In this document: positions 32,201 to 41,398 of the stretch, piece after piece | Layout of the letters: each line of letters starts with the position of its first letter | Numbering within the stretch: position 1 is the first letter of the stretch | Assembly: GCA_047947115.1 (NCBI GenBank) | Contig: CP170459.1 | Span: forward strand, 2,912,001-2,976,000 | From: Verrucomicrobiota bacterium | Lineage (GTDB): Bacteria > Verrucomicrobiota > Verrucomicrobiia > Limisphaerales > AAA164-E04 | Direction: 5' to 3' | DNA length: 64,000 bases | Notes under the pieces: model-generated | Seen by the model: the letters and a program-made list of their open reading frames with translations, nothing else | What the model was told of the DNA's origin: nothing | Database searches by the model: none | Position numbers and translations under genes: made by a program

Positions 32201-32346
32201 ACAAACAGGCACCATGCCGGCGCCAGCCTGTTCGTCGTGTTGATGATCCAGCGGTCTGATCCAATCAGATTCACCGAGTACCGGGTCAGTTGGCTGGGCG
32301 TGGATTGCATGGGGAGCATCATGCGTAATTGGGTCCCAATCGTCAA
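29239..32346 (-). CDS. planctomycete cytochrome c protein with DUF1549/DUF1553 (PSD1) domains and an F5/8-type C insert
   Basis: CVDCH, LIRRLYFDLTGLPPT, YGERWARHWLD, CARCHHHKFDP, WVQIDLG, NRVWHYHFG, HPELLDWLA; the true start may be one of the ATGs at 32310-32322. Confidence 0.9.
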   Translation of the reverse strand: MTIGTQLRMMLPMQSTPSQLTRYSVNLIGSDRWIINTTNRLAPAWCLFVWILFTGVEIRADEDFAASIQPIFDRSCVDCHGPETQKGGLRLDSLAQLALGGSSGPTVIPGDIRQGSLIARLRHEDPEERMPPEKKKPLTEQQIAAIEHWIQEGAKELAQLEKAPFPEEAYEHWSLKPLRSPSIPELSAESMDWTRNPVDHFIFQKQTEEGLSPSPEADRRTLIRRLYFDLTGLPPTPAEIKTFEQSSDPGAYEKLVDQLLASQAYGERWARHWLDVVHYADTHGYDKDKLRMNAWPYRDYVIRSFNQDKPYSRFVEEQLAGDVLYPNTPDGITATGFIAAGPWDFIGHAEVPETKLDGRIARHLDRDDMVTTTMNTFVSTTVECARCHHHKFDPVRMEDYYRLQAVFAALDRADKTFDANPEVAETRKRWSEEIVAAKGEISEITTTIKEVAGPTWTALDNAIRQLESDKDSKPAAYGYHSAVAEKQDIIKWVQIDLGQPQTIQSITLTGCDDEFNGIGAGFGFPRRFRIEASLEAAFGEGVVLLADRTKEDISNPGVAPLRIDTAPIKTRYIRITATKLALRANDYIFALAELMAMDANGKNVARGSMVTALDSIEAPVRWAKSNLVDGLYVNMERNAPDGKSIQQLKEERDHLWNQATKPEWAYRLQKLNQTLQNLESNLASLPEPSKVYAGTIHKGSGAFRGTGNEGGKPRPIHILARGDVAQPGREVGPGTIPVIMGQDTRFNLPKDHSEGERRVALARWILDKHHPLTWRSIVNRVWHYHFGTGICDTPNDFGHMGGQPSHPELLDWLAVYFRDNGQSFKQLHRLILTSATYRQTSRTDSAKFALDSGNRYLWKMNRRRLEAESLRDSVLLLAGKLDQTMGGPAFMDFVLEKPEHSPHYEYRLYDPMNSLSHRRSIYRFIVRSQQQPFMTTLDCADPSLLVGSRNETLTPNQSLALLNNPFMIALSEAWAETLSKQHPQTRSQIQRAFEEATGQKPTQEEMNRWETYANAHGLANTCRWMFNLNGFMFVD

Positions 32347-32381
32347 CTCAACTCATATTCTCCCAATCTTGGGGGGGCATG

Positions 32382-32420
32382 AAAAACGCCGCCTCCCATC
32401 ACTCAAGGGAAGCGGCGTTC
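32382..32420 (-). terminator. Rho-independent terminator after the CvpA-like gene
   Basis: minus strand AACGCCGCTTCCC-loop-GGGAGGCGGCG followed by TTTTT. Confidence 0.75.
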
Positions 32421-32457
32421 TTTTCTAGAGAAGCCAAGGGGTAATTTGGCCTAAAGA

Positions 32458-33834
32458 CTACCAGACACGTTTGAATACCAGCGTCATGCGTTTTAAGGTG
32501 ATGTAAGCGCGGTGGTTCTTTTTCACAACCACATCGCTCTTATCATTGCTTCCCCGATCGGAAATGGTGTAGCGACCTCTTGAGACGTTTTCCCACTGGG
32601 CGCCTTCGGTGAATTCGGGAGTGTAAGTGGGTTTTGCGGCCTGTTGTTGTTGCTGTCTTTGCTGTTGAGCTGCCGCAGCCGCGCCTGGTGCACCACCTTG
32701 GGGAAAGTAGCGTGAATCCATACCTCCATACGGATCATCGAATGCAGGCTCTTCCTGGGGTGCTTCTTCGGGTTCAGCCTGTTGAGGACCTGAGACCGTC
32801 AATGTTTTGTCGGGATAAACGATCATGGTTGTTCCGGCGAACACGTTGCCCGCAATCTCTTTCATGATGCGTATCTGAGCACTCTTGGTGAGTTGCTTGC
32901 CTCCGGGTGAGATCGATGTGTCGAGTTGAGTCGTCAGGATGTTCTTTTTGAAATAATTGATGGTGGCGTTGACATCAAGTTCCCAACGACCGAGCAGCAA
33001 TTCGTCTGCATACTTGGGAGATTCCCCTGTTTCCAAGTAGGTTTGCAGGTCATCCAAATCGGTGGAGAGCAGGCGGTCGGACAGGTTGGGATCACTCATG
33101 ATTTTCTGGGAAATGGGGTGTGGGAAGATTTCCTGAAGACTGGCTTGCTGGACCAGAAGGCTGTGGTAGGCGTCATCGCTGGCCAGCTCTTCAATGGTTG
33201 CATCGTTCCCAAATTTCAGCAGGGATGGGTAATTGCGGTAACGCACCTCGAGCAGGGGGTTCTTATGGGACAAACCAAGGACATCGGACACCTTGAAATA
33301 TTTTTCGGGGACCGAGGTGATGCTGCGTGCGATTTTCCCCATGCCGGAGCTTTCCAGACCGTTGGCCAGACCATTGAGTTGGGCTAGCATGCCGGTATCG
33401 CTTTCGGTTGCGACTTGGGTAGTGAAATATCCAGCCACATAGACGAGCATGCCCAACAGGATGGTGTAAACGCCTCCAACCATCAAGCCGAGCGCTGCAC
33501 CGGAGCGTTTGTTCATACGTTCCCAAGTCAGGCGGGTCACTTCATCCGCGCCATACTTGTAGTATTGGCTGACCTTGTAATGAACGAAAAAGCCGATGCC
33601 GATGAAGATGAGTCCCACCACGAAAAAGGCGGTGATGGGGGGCAGGACCGCCAGCCAAACGAGGTTGGTCACTCCTGAAGCCGTGTAGATAGGGGTCATC
33701 AGGGGGGCCAGTGGTTTTGCGGCCACCAGACCGATGAACAAGCCTGCCAGCGACAAAGACATTCGAATGGCCCCTTTGAGGTAACCAATTCCAGCGAAGA
33801 TTAATAACAATAGTATAGCAACTAACCAGATCAT
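32458..33834 (-). CDS. CvpA-like membrane protein with a long C-terminal extension
   Basis: GYLKGAIR..LSLAGL, four TM helices, NKRSGAALGL..G; soluble tail with an Ala/Gln-rich segment. Confidence 0.65.
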   Translation of the reverse strand: MIWLVAILLLLIFAGIGYLKGAIRMSLSLAGLFIGLVAAKPLAPLMTPIYTASGVTNLVWLAVLPPITAFFVVGLIFIGIGFFVHYKVSQYYKYGADEVTRLTWERMNKRSGAALGLMVGGVYTILLGMLVYVAGYFTTQVATESDTGMLAQLNGLANGLESSGMGKIARSITSVPEKYFKVSDVLGLSHKNPLLEVRYRNYPSLLKFGNDATIEELASDDAYHSLLVQQASLQEIFPHPISQKIMSDPNLSDRLLSTDLDDLQTYLETGESPKYADELLLGRWELDVNATINYFKKNILTTQLDTSISPGGKQLTKSAQIRIMKEIAGNVFAGTTMIVYPDKTLTVSGPQQAEPEEAPQEEPAFDDPYGGMDSRYFPQGGAPGAAAAAQQQRQQQQQAAKPTYTPEFTEGAQWENVSRGRYTISDRGSNDKSDVVVKKNHRAYITLKRMTLVFKRVW

Positions 33835-34144
33835 AACATTAGTAAAGGTTATCAGCAGAGCCAAACTCACCCCATTGACTCAAACTGCAAGAGATGCCCG
33901 TAATTTAGGCGTCTTCAAGTGAATAACAAGACCAAAAAACCTTTGTTCGGTGATGATCTACCATTTTCCTTAGAGACATTTCTCCTTCGTTGATAGGTTT
34001 TAGCATGTTTCACGCCAAATAATCAAAGAAATGGATGCGTTTTTTTGATTTTGTCTTGCGACGGCATTGGCGCAGTGAAATGATGACCTCTCATTTGCCT
34101 AATTTCGTGTAAAACCGCCTATTTGGATCAAACACAAGCATTGT

Positions 34145-35266
34145 ATGAGCAAGGAAACGACTGCAACCGCATCGGAAAAGAGCACACGCCTCGTCAGCCT
34201 CGACGCGTTGAGGGGTTTTGACATGTTTTGGATCGTGGGTGCGGAGGAGGTGATTCACGCCCTGGGGAACTCCAACAAATCCAGTTGGGCCCAGTTCCTC
34301 GTGAATCAACTATCGCACAAAGAATGGGAGGGTCTTGCTTTTTACGATTGTATCTTCCCTTTGTTTGTCTTTTTGGCCGGTGTTTCCATCGTGTTCAGTT
34401 TGACCCGATCCATTCAGGAGAAAGGCAAGGGCTCCACGCTCCGCAAGGTCTTCACCCGCTCCCTTATTCTTTATTTACTGGGGATCTTTTATTATGGCGG
34501 TCTTTCCGAGGGGGTGGATCAGATTCGGCTGCTGGGAGTGCTGCAGAGGATAGCTCTTTGTTATTTATTTGCTGCGCTCATCTTTTGCTTTACCGGGTTG
34601 AAAGGGCGCATTGCCGCTTTGGTGATCCTCCTGGGTGGTTATTGGGCGGTGATGACCTTTATTCCTGTTCCCGGAGTAGGCGCCGGGAATTTCGAAGAAG
34701 GGAAAAATCTTGCGAACTACGTGGATAAAATGTATCTGCCGCTTTTCAAATGGAATGGAGATCATGATCCGGAGGGCTTGCTCAGCACTTTGCCGGCCAT
34801 CGGATCCTGCCTACTGGGCGTGTTGGCGGGAATGGTGTTGCATCGCAAGGAGGGTTCAGCTGTTCAGAAGACAGGGATCCTTGCCGGCTTGGGGATATTG
34901 TGCCTCGTTCTGGGTTATGCCTGGAGCTTCCAGTTTCCAATCATTAAGAACATCTGGACCTCTTCTTTTGTGTTGGTTGCAGGCGGGTTCAGCTTTCTGG
35001 CTTTGGCTCTCTTTTATTTTGTGATTGATGTCCTCAAATTTCATCATTGGTGCTGGCCGTTTGTGTGGATTGGCATGAATCCCATTGCTGTTTATATGGC
35101 GTTCAAGTTGCTGGACTTTCATGACATAGCCGATCGACTTGTTGGTGGTCCTGTCAAAGGCGCTTTAGGGAACTACGCCGAGGTTCTGGTGCTTGCGGTG
35201 GTGACTGCTCTGAGTTTTGGGTTCGTCTGGGCGCTTCATCGGAGGCGGTGGTATTTGAAAGTTTGA
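34145..35266 (+). CDS. HGSNAT/DUF5009 (NagX-like) membrane acyltransferase-family protein
   Basis: RLVSLDALRGFDM, D.IFPLF.F..G, GVLQRIA, DPEGLLST, PIIKNIWTSSF, GMNPI. Confidence 0.88.
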   Translation: MSKETTATASEKSTRLVSLDALRGFDMFWIVGAEEVIHALGNSNKSSWAQFLVNQLSHKEWEGLAFYDCIFPLFVFLAGVSIVFSLTRSIQEKGKGSTLRKVFTRSLILYLLGIFYYGGLSEGVDQIRLLGVLQRIALCYLFAALIFCFTGLKGRIAALVILLGGYWAVMTFIPVPGVGAGNFEEGKNLANYVDKMYLPLFKWNGDHDPEGLLSTLPAIGSCLLGVLAGMVLHRKEGSAVQKTGILAGLGILCLVLGYAWSFQFPIIKNIWTSSFVLVAGGFSFLALALFYFVIDVLKFHHWCWPFVWIGMNPIAVYMAFKLLDFHDIADRLVGGPVKGALGNYAEVLVLAVVTALSFGFVWALHRRRWYLKV

Positions 35267-35317
35267 TGGAAAAATCCCCTTGGCAGAGGCGGAGGTGGAA
35301 TTCATATTGGCGCACAG

Positions 35318-36106
35318 ATGATGTTTAAATGGACTAAACGATTGATTGTTCTCTTCATACTTTTGGGTGTTGCCGCTTATTTCGGCGTGGCCAAGAGTGT
35401 GAACTCCCTGGTGAAAACAGGTGTCGAGAAGGGTGGTACGCATCTCATGGAAGTGCCGGTCACTCTGGCGGATGCCACAGTGTCCCTGACATCGGGGGGC
35501 GGTTCGCTCTCCGGACTGCGCATTCCGAATCCCGAAGGATTCAAATCCGAAAGTGCCATCACGGTTGGAAACGCAGCCATTTCCCTGAAACCCGGTTCAT
35601 TGATGTCCTCCAAAGTGGTGATTCACCAGCTCAAAGTGGAACAGCCGGCCATCACTTACGAACGCACCTTGTCCACCAGCAATCTGGATAAGATCATGGA
35701 AACCATTCAGTCCAAAGTGCCGGAATCGGATGAAAACGCGGAAGAAGCCCGGTTTCAAATCGATGATCTCCAGATTTTGCAGGCGAGTGTCAAACTCAGC
35801 GCCTCGGCTCTTGGCGGCAAGGGAATGCAATTTACTCTGCCCGATATCGTCCTAAAAGACCTCGGGAAAGATGGGCCGGGCCTGACCGCTGCGGAATTGA
35901 CCAAAACCATCATGGGGGAGGTGCTGTCTGGAGTCCTTGGAAAAGTCGCCGGATCCGGGGTGGGCGGTATTGCCGATGCTTTGAAAGGCGCATTCAGCCA
36001 GGATGGCGGAGCCACGGAAGATGGCGCCGCATCCAAAGCCGAGGGGATGTTGAACAACGTCAAGTCTCTCTTTAATACTTCGAAATCCGATTCCTCCGGG
36101 GAATAA
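35318..36106 (+). CDS. AsmA-like/DUF748 membrane-anchored hypothetical protein
   Basis: N-terminal anchor, IPNPEGF, SNLD.I, LPDIVLKDLG. Confidence 0.6.
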   Translation: MMFKWTKRLIVLFILLGVAAYFGVAKSVNSLVKTGVEKGGTHLMEVPVTLADATVSLTSGGGSLSGLRIPNPEGFKSESAITVGNAAISLKPGSLMSSKVVIHQLKVEQPAITYERTLSTSNLDKIMETIQSKVPESDENAEEARFQIDDLQILQASVKLSASALGGKGMQFTLPDIVLKDLGKDGPGLTAAELTKTIMGEVLSGVLGKVAGSGVGGIADALKGAFSQDGGATEDGAASKAEGMLNNVKSLFNTSKSDSSGE

Positions 36107-36146
36107 TTTTCCGGTGTGGAACAAACCCAGACTTCATCATAACGAC

Positions 36147-36860
36147 ATGACCAAAAATGCCATTGTCACCGGCGCCGGAACGGGCGTTGGACGTCATATT
36201 GCCATTCTGCTTGCCAAGGCGGGTTGGAATCTCACCCTTACCGGGCGCACACAAGGGACGCTTGAGGAAACGAGGCAACTGGCGGGAGTGGATGATTCCA
36301 CGTCTCAGTTGGTGATCGGTAGCGTTGCCGATGAGTCTTTCGTTGGAGAACTGGTGGAACAAGCGGAATCAAAGTTCGGTCCGACCGAGGTTCTGGTGAA
36401 TTCCGCAGGCACCAACACGCCAAATCGCACCCTCGAAGTGCTTTCTCAGGAAGATTACCACGATTTGATCAATACCAACCTGCACGGCAGTTACTACGCC
36501 ATTCAGGCAGTTTTGCCGGGGATGCGACAGGCCAAGTCCGGCACCATAGTAAACATCGTTTCGGATGCGTCACTCTGGGGCATGCCTTTGGCGGGAGCGG
36601 CTTACACGATATCCAAATTCGGATTGCGCGGATTGACCCAGACCATCAATGCCGAAGAAAACAAAAACGGCATCCGGGCTTGTGGTATCCTTCCGGGTGA
36701 GATCGACACTCCCATCCTCAAGCTGCGTCCCAGCGAACCCACGGCGGAACATCGCGCAAGTATGTTACGACCTGAAGATGTGGCTCAATGCGCCATGTTG
36801 GCCATCGAATTGCCGTCCCGTGCGGTGGTTCAGGAGTTGTTGGTGAGACCTTGTCGTTGA
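36147..36860 (+). CDS. SDR-family oxidoreductase
   Basis: TGAGTGVG, VNSAG, YTISK, PGEIDT. Confidence 0.92.
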   Translation: MTKNAIVTGAGTGVGRHIAILLAKAGWNLTLTGRTQGTLEETRQLAGVDDSTSQLVIGSVADESFVGELVEQAESKFGPTEVLVNSAGTNTPNRTLEVLSQEDYHDLINTNLHGSYYAIQAVLPGMRQAKSGTIVNIVSDASLWGMPLAGAAYTISKFGLRGLTQTINAEENKNGIRACGILPGEIDTPILKLRPSEPTAEHRASMLRPEDVAQCAMLAIELPSRAVVQELLVRPCR

Positions 36861-36885
36861 GTTGGACAGTGTTCCCGGAAGTTCA

Positions 36886-37245
36886 ATGAATCCTCATCGT
36901 ATACGTCAGTGGGCTGCGGCCTTTGGTTTCCTGGCCGTATTGCTGGGAGCTTTTGGGGCTCATGGTCTGGAATCAAGATTGACGGAGCTGGACCGCGTCG
37001 AGACGTGGGAGACCGCTGTGTTTTATCATTTTGTCCATGCACTTGCGCTGCTTGGCTTGTCATTGATGCCTCGACCGTCGAAGGGAGCCGCCTATGGGTT
37101 CATTATCGGGATACTGATTTTCTCCGGAAGCCTTTACGTGCTTTCCCTGACCGGCATTACAAAACTGGGTGCGATCACTCCCATTGGTGGATTGTCGATG
37201 ATGTTGGGGTGGGCTTGCTTGTTTTTGAACAAGGCGGAGTCCTGA
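36886..37245 (+). CDS. DUF423 (YgdD/TMEM256) membrane protein
   Basis: LGAFGAHGL, TAVFYH..HA, FSGSLY, GAITPIGG. Confidence 0.92.
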   Translation: MNPHRIRQWAAAFGFLAVLLGAFGAHGLESRLTELDRVETWETAVFYHFVHALALLGLSLMPRPSKGAAYGFIIGILIFSGSLYVLSLTGITKLGAITPIGGLSMMLGWACLFLNKAES

Positions 37246-37377
37246 ACCGTATTCAGCTGCTTGTCCGCAGTATTCCCATTTCAATTGTAAAAGGAATGCC
37301 TTTACTCCATGCTGCCGATGCGTATGGAGGTTTTGTTGTTCGATTTTTTTCGGAAGGATCGTCACACGGTTCTTTCC

Positions 37378-40300
37378 ATGAAACGCATCCGGTGCGGTTT
37401 ATTTCCGGTATGGGTCGCCTTCCTATGTTTGATACAATCCTCCGACCTGGCCGCACAGCCTGTTCCGAAAATTGTGGGCGGTCGTGAAACCGAATCGGAA
37501 TGGCCCTGGATGGCGGCTTTGATTCAAAGCCGCTTCGACGTTCCGGCTGACGGGGCGTTTTGTGGCGGTTCCCTGATTCACCCCCAATGGGTGTTGACCG
37601 CTGCGCACTGTGTGGGGAGGCAATTCGGTTTAGGGTTGCTTGATCCCGAGGACCTTCATGTGGTGGTTGGGAGTCATGATCTCGATAACCAGGGGCAGGG
37701 GATGCGGATACCGGTATTGGAGATCATCGTTCATCCCGATTACAATGGGGATGTTACCCGCACCGGGAATGATCTTGCCCTGCTGCTGCTGGCCTGGCCT
37801 GTGGACGATGCGCAGCCTGTCACCTTGTTGGATGACCCTGAAAAGCCGCTTGAGAACGTTCTGGCCACCTCAATAGGTTGGGGGGTTGTTTCCACTGAAC
37901 CCGGTGTTGAAAAACCCTCGAAATTGCGCGAGGCAAGTTATCCGATTGTTTCCAACGCATCAGCAAACGAAGCCCGGGCTTATGATGGCTCATTGAGGTC
38001 ATCCATGTTGCCGGCTGGTTATCCGAAAGGGCGTGTCAGTTCCTGTTATGGTGACAGCGGGGGGCCGCTGATGATTCAGGATCCCGGAACCGGTGAGTGG
38101 TTGCAGGTTGGGATTGTCAGTTTTGGTCATGACTGTGCAACACCTTTTTCGTATGGAATATATACGCGGGTGACATCTTTCGTTTCCTGGATTTATCAAC
38201 ACATTTATCCCTCCTTTGCCGCCTGGAGTGATCGCTACGGGGTGCGGGGATTGCCTGAGGATGCTGACCATGACGGGTGGAGCCATTTCCAGGAATTTGC
38301 CTTTGGCTCTGACCCTGTCAACGCCGATTCCATACCTCGAATCGCAGCTCAATGGGTGCCCTTGCCGGATGACTCGGGCGCTGAGTTGCTGTTGGGTATC
38401 AAGGCGCCTCTGCCCGGACGTTTCGTGGATTACCGTTTTTTGGAATCGGAAGATCTTGAATCATGGCATGCCGTTGAACCCATGAGCGTGCAAGGGGCAT
38501 TGTCAGAGAGAGGTTCTGGTGTGTTTGATCTTTCTGTTTCACTGGGGGGAGCTGGCTCCGGCAAGAGCAGTCGGTTTTATCAGGTGCAACCCGTGTTTGC
38601 CCAGGCTGCTCAGGCTTTTGCACTGGATCTTGCCTTGGGTTACTCGGTGAACGGCACCGTGTCCAATGCGTTTCGAGAGCCTGATTCCGTTGATCCGCTC
38701 TTGGCCGGAAGAATGGTCAGGCGTTATCGCTTGAAAAGCGAACCTGGTCGGACGACTTTCCGCCTCCGGGTTTCTTCGAAGGATTTCTTACCGGGACTGG
38801 ATGTTTACCATCCGATTACGAACCAGTTGCTGGTCACTCATCACCCGAGCGAGCCTGTGCAGGATGTGGTCTTGACCGTGGATGATTTGGGCGTCAGCGA
38901 CCTGATGGTTTCCGTAGTATCACTAGATGGACGAGAAGGAGGATTTGAATTGGTTTCCTGGTTGATGCCAGCCGAGCGGATTGAGCCAGGCCAAACCATT
39001 TCGAGCATGCTCGTTGAAAACGATCCGCTCACCAGCAATCCGTATGGAGATCATTTGCAGACAGATTCCTACCTGCTCTCCAATGTAGCGCCTGGTCAGG
39101 CTCTGGAAATTCATGCCACCAGCGTGCCAATAGACATTGCGCTGGTCATTCTGGATGCGGAGACGGGGAAAATCGTAGCCGAAGACGATGATTCGGGGGA
39201 GGGATTGAATGCCGCTCTTATTTTGGAAACTGAGAGCGAGGGACAGGCCTGGATCGTGCAAGTGACGACTTCAGGCTGGCATGATCTCGGGCTTTATGAG
39301 TTGGAGATATCACCCTATGACGGCGTTGCACTTCTGGATCGGACCAAGTTATCCGGGACACTGAGTCCGGGTGATCGGGTTGAGGGGGTGATTGATGCGG
39401 ATGATGAGCGGTTTCTGGACGATTTTGGTGAAATCCTCATTGCCGATGTTTACGATTTGACTGGTGTTGAAGGGGGGCAGTTACTGACCATCGAGTTGAG
39501 TTCAGATGATTTTGACGCTTATCTTCAGTTGGTGGACGCCTTCACTTCTCAAATTATCGAATACAATGACGACCATGGGTTGACGTCCCATTCCAGAATC
39601 GACTACCACGTGCCTCGCGGCGGATTGGAGGAGCCGGCGAGGATTATCGTGAGCGGATCTGACCAGGCTGATCGTGGTCATTACACACTGCGAGTGGAGC
39701 AGGCGGATGTGCCGACCCAGTTGACCGCTCCGACGACTCGTATTGCAATCGGAGAGGTGATTGAGGGAGAGCTTGATTATGGTGATAATACCCATTTCGA
39801 CGCCTATACAGGTATTCAGCCTGCGGATTATTATCTGTTGGAAGTGCCCAAGGAGGGAGTTGATGTGGAGATCCGTTTGCGATCTTCAGATTTTGATGCT
39901 CACCTTGCCTTGTTGGATGCCGAATTGGGTATTCATATCGCTGTAAATGACGATGGAGAGGATGGTGGTCCCAATGCCTTGATTGAGTATTCATTTGAGG
40001 CTTCGGAGGATGTTTATGATGTTTTGATCGAAGTCAGTTCCGTCTTTGCGGAAGATCTGGGTGATTACCAGTTGAGTGTTCAAAAGGGGGCAAAGCAAGC
40101 GCCAATAGATACTGAAAATGAGGTTCGGCTTTTGGAAATGCAGTCCAAAGTGGCGGGAGCGGTCATTTTGGGATCGGATCGATTGCCGGGCGGATTGCTG
40201 GGGCATCAGTATCGGGTGGAGATGACGCGATCGGTCACCCGGTGGTCTGTTGTGCTGGAAAGCTCCCAGTTTGACACGTGGTTGGGGCTGAGCGAGTCAC

Positions 40301-40860
40301 GTGATGGGCACTTCATTATTGAGAATGACTTTTATGAGGTCGGGACCGGGGCTTTTGATGTCGACCGGTCGCGACTGGATTTCTTTTCAGGACCCGAAAT
40401 CGATCCCTTGTTTCTCTGGGTGTCCTCGTTCTTCGAGGATGAGACAGGTGAATACGGGTTGTCCGTGGATGCCCATGTGCTGCCATTGATTCGAATAGGT
40501 AAGGAGATTGAAGGGAACTTGAGCACCGCGTCCATGAAAGATCCCTATTACCAGGTCTACGGTGGTGAGTTTTTTGCTGAGGATTATGCTCTGGACAGTG
40601 TGGCCGAGCCGAATCCTTTGAGAGTGACCATCACTAGTGAATCTTTTCTGCCCGAATGTTATCTGATGATTCCTCCGACTCAGGAAACGGTTGCATGGAG
40701 TTTGCCCGAGGGTTCGGAAGGGAATCAGGCTAGCTTTCTGTTTACGCCTCAAGAAGGCATGTCATATGTCCTTCGTGTTACCTCGGTTCAGGAAAATCAG
40801 ACTGGTGATTACAGGGTTTTAATCCAGGGTGACGGCGCTTCAAAAGGGCAGATTGAGTAA
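37378..40860 (+). CDS. secreted S1 (chymotrypsin/trypsin-clan) serine protease with about 6 PPC-like domains
   Basis: signal peptide, IVGG, FCGGSLI, LTAAHC, NDLALL, SCYGDSGGP, GIYTRV; then repeated S-x-D-F-D...N-D-D...G-x-Y-x-L domains. Confidence 0.9.
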   Translation: MKRIRCGLFPVWVAFLCLIQSSDLAAQPVPKIVGGRETESEWPWMAALIQSRFDVPADGAFCGGSLIHPQWVLTAAHCVGRQFGLGLLDPEDLHVVVGSHDLDNQGQGMRIPVLEIIVHPDYNGDVTRTGNDLALLLLAWPVDDAQPVTLLDDPEKPLENVLATSIGWGVVSTEPGVEKPSKLREASYPIVSNASANEARAYDGSLRSSMLPAGYPKGRVSSCYGDSGGPLMIQDPGTGEWLQVGIVSFGHDCATPFSYGIYTRVTSFVSWIYQHIYPSFAAWSDRYGVRGLPEDADHDGWSHFQEFAFGSDPVNADSIPRIAAQWVPLPDDSGAELLLGIKAPLPGRFVDYRFLESEDLESWHAVEPMSVQGALSERGSGVFDLSVSLGGAGSGKSSRFYQVQPVFAQAAQAFALDLALGYSVNGTVSNAFREPDSVDPLLAGRMVRRYRLKSEPGRTTFRLRVSSKDFLPGLDVYHPITNQLLVTHHPSEPVQDVVLTVDDLGVSDLMVSVVSLDGREGGFELVSWLMPAERIEPGQTISSMLVENDPLTSNPYGDHLQTDSYLLSNVAPGQALEIHATSVPIDIALVILDAETGKIVAEDDDSGEGLNAALILETESEGQAWIVQVTTSGWHDLGLYELEISPYDGVALLDRTKLSGTLSPGDRVEGVIDADDERFLDDFGEILIADVYDLTGVEGGQLLTIELSSDDFDAYLQLVDAFTSQIIEYNDDHGLTSHSRIDYHVPRGGLEEPARIIVSGSDQADRGHYTLRVEQADVPTQLTAPTTRIAIGEVIEGELDYGDNTHFDAYTGIQPADYYLLEVPKEGVDVEIRLRSSDFDAHLALLDAELGIHIAVNDDGEDGGPNALIEYSFEASEDVYDVLIEVSSVFAEDLGDYQLSVQKGAKQAPIDTENEVRLLEMQSKVAGAVILGSDRLPGGLLGHQYRVEMTRSVTRWSVVLESSQFDTWLGLSESRDGHFIIENDFYEVGTGAFDVDRSRLDFFSGPEIDPLFLWVSSFFEDETGEYGLSVDAHVLPLIRIGKEIEGNLSTASMKDPYYQVYGGEFFAEDYALDSVAEPNPLRVTITSESFLPECYLMIPPTQETVAWSLPEGSEGNQASFLFTPQEGMSYVLRVTSVQENQTGDYRVLIQGDGASKGQIE

Positions 40861-40909
40861 TGCCAATTGATTGATTGCAGGATTCATTTAAAAAAAAATC
40901 GAAAAACAC

Positions 40910-40938
40910 TTGCATGGAATTTTGACCATGACTATGGT
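40910..40938 (+). promoter_or_regulatory. putative sigma70 promoter of tRNA-Lys
   Basis: TTGCAT-N17-TATGGT preceded by an A-rich UP-like tract. Confidence 0.55.
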
Positions 40939-40987
40939 TCGTCCTCCTTTGCTAAAAGGGCACCGATCGCGTATCGCGAAATTTGGG

Positions 40988-41063
40988 GGGCTGGTAGCTC
41001 AGTTGGTAGAGCAGCGGCCTTTTAAGCCGTTTGTCCAGGGTTCGAGTCCCTGCCAGCCTACCA
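40988..41063 (+). tRNA. tRNA-Lys(TTT)
   Basis: GGGCTGGTAGCTCAGTTGGTAGAGCAGCGGCCT-TTT-AAGCCG...GTTCGAGTCCCTGCCAGCCTACCA, 76 nt. Confidence 0.97.
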
Positions 41064-41398
41064 TTTATTTGGTGGCATCCCCCACATCACCATTGGTGAG
41101 TCGGTCTGTATCTTCACTCACTCTGTCATTTTGCTTTTCTTACACATTTTCCTTTTATCCTGAATTGTCATGATTTTGTCACCCTTGGGTTCTAGGGGGG
41201 GGCGGTATCTGTTTTTTTATGGAGGACACAGCCGATAAAATGGCGAGTTGGCAAAATTTGGTTTCAATAAGCCAAGATGTGTATAAAAGTTTGATAATAT
41301 ATAGTTTTCACTAATAAATTTAATATAAAATTTTATTGTGACGTCCGTCGGATGGAGTATCTTTGAGGTAGAGTGAAACCTCAAAGAGTGGAAACCAT

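Noticed and set aside
40910..41173. 87-aa ORF
   Set aside because: It overlaps tRNA-Lys and its promoter, so it is spurious
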